Below, one piece after another: positions 25,552 through 32,000 of a stretch of DNA of 32,000 bases. The first letter of the stretch is position 1. The number at the start of each line of letters is the position of its first letter. The notes under the pieces are model-generated. The model made no database searches, had not been told where the DNA came from, and saw only the letters and a program-made list of their open reading frames with translations. Origin of the DNA: Candidatus Kuenenia stuttgartensis (GTDB lineage: Bacteria > Planctomycetota > Brocadiia > Brocadiales > Brocadiaceae); contig NZ_LT934425.1 of the NCBI RefSeq assembly GCF_900232105.1, forward strand, positions 3,450,001 through 3,482,000. The letters run 5' to 3'. A program made the position numbers and the translations under genes.

Positions 25552-25878
25552 AATTAAGACACACGAAAATCATATCTCTGTCATTCCTATTGTCATTCCA
25601 AACCTCGATGAAGTCAGAAAATTTGCGGCTAAGTTGCACGCTTAAGGAATGCCCTGGAAGGGAGAGTTGTTTGGTTGGCAAGCGGAGTATAATCCTGAAC
25701 GGTCAGAGGTGCCGCTTGATTCGAAGATGACTTTCACACCTGCAGATTTCTGGATTGGTGAAAGTGGCATTTGGTTCTTCTCGCTCATATGGGAACATGG
25801 CAAACACGCTGAACCAGAAGAGTTTTTAGATGATAGAAACATTTTTTTGTAAGGTTGTGTTCGAAAACCTTATTTGTT

Positions 25879-26067
25879 GTAACACTTTAGTTTTTTGAAA
25901 AACCATCAAAGTAAAATCATGCTGCTCAGCAGTCATTCTGCATTCCTGCCCTTCAATTCCACCCACTACACCCCCGCCAGCTGGGGACAGTTTGAGCAAT
26001 CGCTCTCGTTCTCAAACTCCGGCTTGGGAACGAGAGCTTTTAATTTTTCAAAAGACTAAATTGATAC
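25879..26067. mobile_element. 189-bp GTAACAC-family element
   Basis: gtaacactttagttttttgaaaaa (25879-25902) and tttttcaaaagactaaattgatac (26044-26067). The cargo is a ccccgccagctgggg module plus the hairpin gctctcgttctcaaac/gcttgggaacgagagc followed by a T-run. Confidence 0.85.
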
Positions 26068-26102
26068 AAAAATTCTAATAATAACGATGTTTACCGCACG
26101 GT

Positions 26103-26198
26103 GTAGGGGCGAAGCATTTGCATGTTTGAGCATGAACGCATGTATGCCGGTTATTGCAAATGCTTCACCCTTATGGTTTCAAAAAACTAAAGTGTTAC
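26103..26198. repeat. gtaggggcgaagcatttgc hairpin module plus a right-hand GTAACAC-family end
   Basis: Arms at 26103-26122 and 26155-26174 are imperfect. gtttcaaaaaactaaagtgttac lies at 26176-26198. It is the inverted counterpart of 27619-27714. Confidence 0.75.
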
Positions 26199-26238
26199 CA
26201 ATTTATACAAACCTTGAAATACAAAATTAAAAATTGAA

Positions 26239-26631
26239 TTACGATTTTTCCTGTCTATCAACCGAGCCTCTGTTTCTTATTTCTATCTCTGCTTCGAGAA
26301 GTATCTTATAGTGGTCGATTACTGGTGCAGGAAGCTTCTCTAACAGGCTGATTATCGTGTCGTAGATACGCCTTCTTTTGCCGTATGGTATGGTTTGCTC
26401 AGCCACGATAGCCGGTTCTTCTATTGTCTTTTCTGCAAAGAGTCCGGATATCTGAATTCCGAGGGCATTTACAATCTTTTCTAAAGACCTCTCACTATAT
26501 CCCCTCTTTCCGTTCTCTAAAAAATTTATATAACCCTGGGTTAAGCCACTTCTTAAAGCCAGTTCTTCCTGTGTAATTCCAAGCCTTTCCCTGATCATCC
26601 GCACATTGCTTCCCACAATATTTTTCCTCAT
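26239..26631 (-). CDS. XRE-family helix-turn-helix transcriptional regulator
   Basis: ORF trimmed to the ATG at 26631. MRKNIVGSNVRMIRERLGITQEELALRSGLTQGYINFLENGKRGYS is a canonical HTH_XRE N-terminus. The C-terminal region of about 60 aa has no recognised motif. Confidence 0.85.
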   Translation of the reverse strand: MRKNIVGSNVRMIRERLGITQEELALRSGLTQGYINFLENGKRGYSERSLEKIVNALGIQISGLFAEKTIEEPAIVAEQTIPYGKRRRIYDTIISLLEKLPAPVIDHYKILLEAEIEIRNRGSVDRQEKS

Positions 26632-26666
26632 GAGGAATTTATAACAAGGTGTTATAAAATGGTCAA
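26632..26666 (-). promoter_or_regulatory. Predicted promoter giving a leaderless XRE mRNA, overlapped by an 8-bp-arm palindrome (operator candidate)
   Basis: The minus strand reads TTGACC (26666-26661), a 17-nt spacer, TATAAA (26643-26638), ttcctc, then ATG (26631). No Shine-Dalgarno sequence is present. The palindrome ttataaca-N3-tgttataa (26639-26657) overlaps the spacer and the -10 element. Confidence 0.45.
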
Positions 26667-26918
26667 ATACCCCAAGTAATATACTTCTTGACATATATAA
26701 CTTTTAGTCATATATTACCTATCAAATTTTATCAGCATGCAAGTGACGTCACTTGACTCAACCGGAGCAATTAATCCTGCAACACTTGAAGGAGGCTGCA
26801 GGTGCGGAGTTAGTGGATGTGAAACGTATCTCCGGCAACCGATCGGGAATGCCTTTCTGCGTGCGACGCACATGCAGGCAAAGAACACCAGGGGTACAAA
26901 GAAAAACTTAAAAAAAAG

Positions 26919-27194
26919 GTAACACTTTAGTTTTTTGAAAAATGTATTACCTATAAGCTCCGTAGGAGCAGCCTGTTTGTAGCAAAATAGAATCTTATAA
27001 CAGATATTAGCTCCGCTAGAAGCGACCTGTCTCTTGTAAATCCATATTAAACAGGTCTGCCTGAATACGTACAGGCCGCTCCTACGGAGCTATTTACTCT
27101 ATTGAATTTTATTGTGCTACAAACAGACCGCCCCTAACGGGGCTACATGGTATTTTTTCTATCCCGTGAATTTTTCATAAAGCTAAAATGTTAC
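26919..27194. mobile_element. 276-bp GTAACAC-family element whose cargo is itself a large palindrome of CGCTCCTAYGGAGC modules
   Basis: gtaacactttagttttttgaaaaa (26919-26942) and tttttcataaagctaaaatgttac (27171-27194). The interior has two inverted modules (26956-26982, 27009-27030) and two forward modules (27071-27091, 27117-27144). Confidence 0.9.
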
Positions 27195-27323
27195 AAAAAA
27201 AGAAGTTTTTACATGGTAAACATTCTCTTGAGCCGGAGGTTCACAAAAGGATATGAAAAATGTCCGTTTTTTAGACATTTGACTGTGTTTTCTTGCCAAT
27301 ACTATAGAAGGAGGAAAAAAGAA

Positions 27324-27500
27324 ATGGCAGCGAGAGAGATGTGTCCGTTTATAACAACACCGCCGAGCAATGATTGTTATTGTATAAATGCCGATAGTCT
27401 GAAAATCCCATCGTTTCTTGAGTACTGTACAAATAATTTCCAAAGATGTAATTTTTACATCACACACTTAAAAAAGACACATGTATCCCCGGCAAGGTGA
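27324..27500 (+). CDS. Small Cys-rich protein (58 aa; C-x10-C-x-C-x14-C-x6-C)
   Basis: AGGAGG lies 8 nt upstream of the ATG at 27324. The sequence is MAAREMCPFITTPPSNDCYCINADSLKIPSFLEYCTNNFQRCNFYITHLKKTHVSPAR. The longer ORF from 27147 starts inside a repeat element and was discarded. Confidence 0.5.
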   Translation: MAAREMCPFITTPPSNDCYCINADSLKIPSFLEYCTNNFQRCNFYITHLKKTHVSPAR

Positions 27501-27618
27501 TTCCCCGGGAAGATGATGTTTTTCAGCCTGTTAGAGATGAAAAAGCAACGGGAAATTTTCAGCGGAAAAACTACGGCTATAGCCAAAAGCATCTATTTCC
27601 ATAAAGTTGTAATACTTT

Positions 27619-27882
27619 GTAATACTTTGTTTTTTTGAAAAGTAGGGGCGAAGCATTTGCCCATTTGGGTATGAACGAATTTATGACAATTTACAGCAAA
27701 TGCTTCGCCCCTACACTTACACTATACGGCAAAACATCGCTATTGTTGAGTTTTTTAAAATATTCACGTGTGCCTGTTATATAAGGAATAAAACATTTTC
27801 CTTGTAATGGCACGAAACGCCTTGCCACTACAAATCATACCTCCCTATAGGCCGATTTTTTTCCAAAAAACTAAAATGTTAC
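27619..27882. mobile_element. 264-bp GTAACAC-family element carrying a perfect 19-bp-stem hairpin
   Basis: gtaatactttgtttttttgaaaa (27619-27641) is preceded by a 10-nt tandem duplication. The arms gtaggggcgaagcatttgc (27642-27660) and gcaaatgcttcgcccctac (27696-27714) are exact complements. The right end is tttttttccaaaaaactaaaatgttac (27856-27882). Confidence 0.8.
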
Positions 27883-28181
27883 CTTTTTTGTGTTCCCACA
27901 AATATCCTGCCGATATAATCCTCAATCCGGATAATAGACGTGTCTGAATTCCAACCCCGACGAATCCTATCAAAACAATGGCGCGATTGTATCAAAAAGA
28001 AAGGAAAAAGTTTTCCCGAAATTCAATACAATATATCAACAAAGTCGTCGTTTGCTTTTTCTACAATTACCCGTTACAATGCGAAAAATGTTTATTTCAT
28101 TCAGGTGATTTTTTACCGGTAATTATTGTTCATCTTCACTGACTTTTTTACATCCCTTTTTATAAAAAGGAGCGCCTCACA

Positions 28182-31100
28182 ATGAAACGCATGAATTTCC
28201 TTACAATAATAACTCTTTTCATAGCAACGTTATCCCTCCCCTTTCATTCTTCCGTAACTCTGGGAGATGGCGCTAAAGAAGAACAATTCCTCAAAAATAC
28301 GCGGCAATTAATCTACCAGGGCAAACGTTCGGGCGAGGGCTATTTTTCCGAAGACGGTAATGCCCTTATATTCCAGAGCGAACGGGAACCTGATAACCCG
28401 TTTTTCCAGATATACATTTTGGATCTCGAGACAGGAGATACTAATCGGGTTTCACCCGGAACGGGCAAGACCACCTGCTCGTTTATACGGCCAGGTTCAA
28501 ATGAGGTACTTTTTGCTTCCACACACCTTGACCCCGAAGCGACGGCAAAACAAAAAGCAGAATTTGATATTCGCGCTTCCGGGGAAAACAAGAGATTTAG
28601 CTGGGATTATGACGAACATTATGATATATTTTCCGCCCACCGTGATGGAAGCAATCCGAAACGCATGACGGAGGCATTGGGCTATGACGCCGAAGGGGCA
28701 TATTCTCCGGACGGCAGCAAGATTGTTTTTTGTTCATTGCGTGACGCATATCCCATCGAACATCTTTCCGCCGGGGATAAAAAACGTTTTGAAACCGACC
28801 CTTCATACTTCGGTGAAATCTACATTATGAATGCAGACGGCTCCGGACAAACCCGCCTGACCCATCAGCCCGGTTATGATGGAGGCCCGTTTTTCAGCCC
28901 TGACGGAAAACGCATCATTTGGCGTCATTTCAAAGAAAACGGTTTATTGGCAGATGTTTATACAATGAACCTGGACGGCTCAGACAAACGCAGATTAACC
29001 GATTTTGGCTCTATGTCCTGGGCGCCTTATTATCACCCCTCCAATACCTATATAATTTTTCATTCAAATAAATACGGATTTGCCAATTGCGAACTGTTTA
29101 TTGTTGATGTCTATGGCAAAAAAGAACCCGTTCGTGTTACTTTTACGGACGGCTTTGACGGTCTTCCGGTCTTTTCCCCTGACGGAAAGAAGCTCGTATG
29201 GACTTCAAACCGCACCCCGCAGAAAAATTCTCAGCTTTTTATCGCCGACTGGAATCACGAAGAAGCACTATCTGCACTCAATGCTTCACCTGTACGAAAA
29301 CAGTCAGAAACGACACCGGCATTCGAACTTCAGGAAAGCGCAGGGGGAATTACCTCGCAGGAACCTCCGCAGTCCTTCTCCTTTACTGAAAAAACAGACC
29401 ACCCCTTTTCTCCTCAAATCACCGAAGAAGATTTGCATACAATCGTTGCATACCTTGCTTCTGATGAGTTGGAAGGAAGGCTGACAGGCACAAAAGGCTC
29501 CAAAATGGCCTCTGATTATATTGCTCATCGGCTTGAAAAAATCGGGATATTGCCTGTTGACAAAAATGGCAACTACTTTCAGGGGTTTCCCTTTACTTCA
29601 GGCGTAGAAGTTATGCCGGAAGGCAATTTTCTTCACATTGCCAAAAGCGGCAAAGCAAACGACACAAAATCTTTTGAATTAGAGAAGGATTTTCGTCCGC
29701 TTGCTTTTACTGCAAGCGGTGTAGCTGACGGTGAACTGGTTTTTGCTGGATACGGCATCTCCATGCCGGGCGAAGATGGCGCAGGTTATGATTCATACGC
29801 TGGTATTGATGTAAAAGATAAAGTGGTTCTCGTCCTTAATTATATCCCCGAAAAGGTTGAAATGAAGAGACGCCACGATCTGAACCGTTATTCCGGATTG
29901 CGTTACAAAGCCATGATTGCCCGGGAACATGGTGCAAAGGCGCTGCTGGTGGTCACGGGGCCAAACTCCCCGGATGCGGGAGAACTGCTTCCCCTCACCT
30001 TTGATAATGCCTCAGCAGATTCCGGTATTGTAGCCGCATCAATAAGCGGCGATGCGGCGAAGGCACTCTTTTCCTTTATTGGAAAAGATATTGCTACGGT
30101 ACAATCTGAATTGGACATTGAAAAATCTGAAGCCCAAACCGCTTTTGCTATGCCGGGAATAAAAGCAACTATTTCCACCGCTGTAAAACGTGAAAAAACG
30201 TCAGATCACAATGTTATCGGATATCTGCCCCCTGCTGATGGTAAAGATGATTGCGAATACATCGTCGTGGGAGCACACTTAGACCACATTGGCTACGGTG
30301 GTACTGAATCCCTGGCGAGAAAAGGAGAAGAGGGAATGATACATAATGGGGCAGACGATAACGCCTCAGGGGTTTCCGTAGTGCTGGAATTAGCGGCTGC
30401 TCTGGCGGAAACATACAAAAAAAAACCACAAGATAAACGACGGGGACTTGTATTTGCGTTTTGGTCGGGGGAAGAAATGGGACTGCTGGGTTCCTCTCAT
30501 TTTATAAAAAACCCTGCCTTTCCCTTGAAAAATACAATTGCATACATAAATTTTGATATGGTGGGGAGGCTGAGAGACAACAAACTCATTATCCAGGGGG
30601 CAGGTTCCTCAAAATCATGGCCGCAATTGTTTGAAAAGCGCAATATCATGTCAGGCTTTAATCTCATACTTCAACACGACCCTTATCTGCCGACAGACGC
30701 CACCCCCTTTTACCAGGAAGGCGTCCCTATCATGAACTTCTTTACCGGAAGCCATGATGATTATAACCGGCCGACCGACGATACAGTGACTCTTAATTAC
30801 GAAGGTATGGCAAAGATCGCCCAATTTGCGAAGAATATCATTTCCGATTTGGTAAAAAGTCCCGGGCGGCCCGACTATTTTAAAGTAAAGAGTTCAGGAC
30901 CGCCTGATAGCCTGCATGGTTCCAGAAGAATATATTTAGGCACCATTCCCGACTTTACCACAGAAGATATTGAAGGTCTAAAACTGAGCGGCGTCAAGGC
31001 TGGAGGCCCTGCAGATAAAGCAGGCCTGCGGGACGGAGATATTATTGTCAGATTTGGAGATTTGAAAATCACTAATATCTATGATTATAAATATGCCCTC

Positions 31101-31193
31101 GACGTTATAAAAATTGGCGAGCCGGTGACGGTTGAATATTTAAGAAACGGAACGAGCGGCACACTCACCGTTATCCCGGAAGCAAAGAAGTAA
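28182..31193 (+). CDS. Secreted multidomain peptidase: TolB-like PD40 beta-propeller + PA/M28 Zn-aminopeptidase + C-terminal PDZ
   Basis: 1003-aa ORF with AAGGAG upstream and a signal peptide. PD40 repeats YSPDGSKIVF, FFSPDGKRIIW and VFSPDGKKLVWTSNR. M28 motifs HLDHIG, GADDNASG, SGEEMGLLGS and NFDMVG. PDZ region GVKAGGPADKAGLRDGDIIV. Confidence 0.9.
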   Translation: MKRMNFLTIITLFIATLSLPFHSSVTLGDGAKEEQFLKNTRQLIYQGKRSGEGYFSEDGNALIFQSEREPDNPFFQIYILDLETGDTNRVSPGTGKTTCSFIRPGSNEVLFASTHLDPEATAKQKAEFDIRASGENKRFSWDYDEHYDIFSAHRDGSNPKRMTEALGYDAEGAYSPDGSKIVFCSLRDAYPIEHLSAGDKKRFETDPSYFGEIYIMNADGSGQTRLTHQPGYDGGPFFSPDGKRIIWRHFKENGLLADVYTMNLDGSDKRRLTDFGSMSWAPYYHPSNTYIIFHSNKYGFANCELFIVDVYGKKEPVRVTFTDGFDGLPVFSPDGKKLVWTSNRTPQKNSQLFIADWNHEEALSALNASPVRKQSETTPAFELQESAGGITSQEPPQSFSFTEKTDHPFSPQITEEDLHTIVAYLASDELEGRLTGTKGSKMASDYIAHRLEKIGILPVDKNGNYFQGFPFTSGVEVMPEGNFLHIAKSGKANDTKSFELEKDFRPLAFTASGVADGELVFAGYGISMPGEDGAGYDSYAGIDVKDKVVLVLNYIPEKVEMKRRHDLNRYSGLRYKAMIAREHGAKALLVVTGPNSPDAGELLPLTFDNASADSGIVAASISGDAAKALFSFIGKDIATVQSELDIEKSEAQTAFAMPGIKATISTAVKREKTSDHNVIGYLPPADGKDDCEYIVVGAHLDHIGYGGTESLARKGEEGMIHNGADDNASGVSVVLELAAALAETYKKKPQDKRRGLVFAFWSGEEMGLLGSSHFIKNPAFPLKNTIAYINFDMVGRLRDNKLIIQGAGSSKSWPQLFEKRNIMSGFNLILQHDPYLPTDATPFYQEGVPIMNFFTGSHDDYNRPTDDTVTLNYEGMAKIAQFAKNIISDLVKSPGRPDYFKVKSSGPPDSLHGSRRIYLGTIPDFTTEDIEGLKLSGVKAGGPADKAGLRDGDIIVRFGDLKITNIYDYKYALDVIKIGEPVTVEYLRNGTSGTLTVIPEAKK

Positions 31194-31260
31194 ATGTACT
31201 GTAGCGAATTTCTTATTTATTGTATTACTTTCAAAAAGACAAGTGGAATATAACTTGGTT

Positions 31261-31629
31261 AAGGGAGCATTCCTGATTTTTTGCAACAGTTTAGATTTTT
31301 GGAAAACAAAAATGCTCGTTCCCAAGCTCCGGCTTGGGAACGTAATTGTGTTGGAAGCTCTAGCTTCCATTTAGCCGGCAAGCGAAGCTTCGTGTATTAT
31401 TCGATTCAAAAGATGTTTCTAAATATCTTGGGTAACATACTGAAAAGCCTCCAAGCTGACATCATGGGTTCATTCCCTTTTCCATTCGAAGCTGGAGCTT
31501 CTCAAACAATCCCGTTCCCAAGCCGGAGCTTGGGAACGAGCGGTTTTTTTCATAGGACTAAAGTATTACAATTCTTTGTAAAAAAACAAAATGTGTGAAG
31601 ATATACAAAAAATCGGGAATGCACCCCTT
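31261..31629. mobile_element. 369-bp nested element: outer gcattccYgattttttg inverted repeats enclosing a GTAACAC-family unit (31283-31569) with hairpin cargo
   Basis: aagggagcattcctgattttttgcaaca (31261-31288) versus tatacaaaaaatcgggaatgcacccctt (31602-31629). The inner ends are gcaacagtttagatttttggaaaa (31283-31306) and tttttcataggactaaagtattac (31546-31569). Cargo hairpins include cgttcccaagc/gcttgggaacg (two copies), ggaagctctagcttcc and cgaagctggagcttc. The last hairpin is followed by a T-run. Confidence 0.8.
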
Positions 31630-31706
31630 GGTTAAGTAGTTTGGTGGTTAAATAGTTAAGTGGTTGAAACGATTTAACGACACAACTTAAAGCAGGAGAT
31701 AATAAT

Positions 31707-32000
31707 ATGGATAATGTAATTTCTGTTATTTTAGGTGGGGGACGTGGAACGAGACTCTATCCCCTTACAAAAGAACGGTCAAAACCCGCAGTGCCTCTTG
31801 CCGGTAAATACCGGTTGATTGATATTCCAGTTAGTAATAGTCTGAATTCAGGGATAAATAAAATTTATGTTTTAACCCAGTTTAATTCCGCCTCCCTGCA
31901 CCGGCACATCACAAGGTCATATAAATTTGATAATTTCTCAAAAGGATTTATCGAAGTCCTTGCGGCAAACCAAACTATAGGCAGTTTGGACTGGTATCAG
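31707..32000 (+). CDS. glgC: Glucose-1-phosphate adenylyltransferase, 5' part (runs off the window)
   Basis: AGGAG lies upstream of the ATG at 31707. [50 protein letters not shown] is the canonical GlgC N-terminus. The frame stays open to position 32000. Confidence 0.9.
   Translation, partial: MDNVISVILGGGRGTRLYPLTKERSKPAVPLAGKYRLIDIPVSNSLNSGINKIYVLTQFNSASLHRHITRSYKFDNFSKGFIEVLAANQTIGSLDWYQ

Noticed and set aside
26632-26694. Upstream start for the XRE regulator (MSRSILLGVFDHFITPCYKFL)
   Set aside because: The canonical HTH_XRE N-terminus starts at the ATG at 26631, and the extension would lie over the predicted promoter. This remains unresolved without experimental data.
27147-27323. Long form of the Cys-rich ORF, and ORF 27940-28122
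   Set aside because: The long form starts inside the 26919-27194 element and lacks an RBS. ORF 27940-28122 has no RBS or motif and lies in the promoter region of the peptidase gene.
27511-27636. 41-codon ORF (MMFFSLLEMKKQREIFSG...) after the Cys-rich gene
   Set aside because: It runs into the terminal repeat of the next element. It has no convincing RBS and no recognisable family.
24300-28100. CRISPR array
   Set aside because: The repeats belong to several unrelated families. They are mostly palindromic or inverted, are irregularly spaced, and are not separated by unique spacers of uniform size. No cas genes are present.

Overview
This is an AT-rich bacterial chromosomal window, roughly 40% GC by eye. 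Positions 333-21448 form one co-directional minus-strand block. It holds a Zn-ADH + acyl-CoA ligase operon beside a Crp/Fnr regulator, and glyS tightly coupled to a nucleotide-sugar dehydrogenase. It also holds a short di-haem cytochrome b, a class-III aminotransferase and a tandem-U32 (UbiU/UbiV-like) protein. The block ends with a six-gene lipid-handling cluster: a PaaK-like adenylating enzyme, an MMPL exporter, a secreted OB-fold protein, an SCP2 protein, a FAR/thioester-reductase-type SDR and a GT-C-like membrane glycosyltransferase. The strand switches at about 21.5-21.9 kb. After that come a long YihY/BrkB-family membrane protein and a 4.5-kb gene-poor accessory stretch (23.7-28.2 kb). 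That stretch carries an RHH antitoxin-like gene, a truncated small-protein gene, an XRE regulator and a small Cys-rich ORF. The window closes with a 1003-aa TolB-propeller/M28-peptidase/PDZ fusion and the 5' end of glgC. I recognised no rRNA, tRNA or CRISPR array. The strongest non-genic signal is that almost every intergenic gap is filled with modular palindromic or TIR-bounded miniature elements. There are several families, with perfect 18-, 19-, 23- and 34-bp inverted repeats. Some truncate genes, some supply terminator hairpins, and one occurs in two alternative internal orientations. All functional calls come from motif recognition in the supplied translations and from reading the DNA by hand; no database search was possible.
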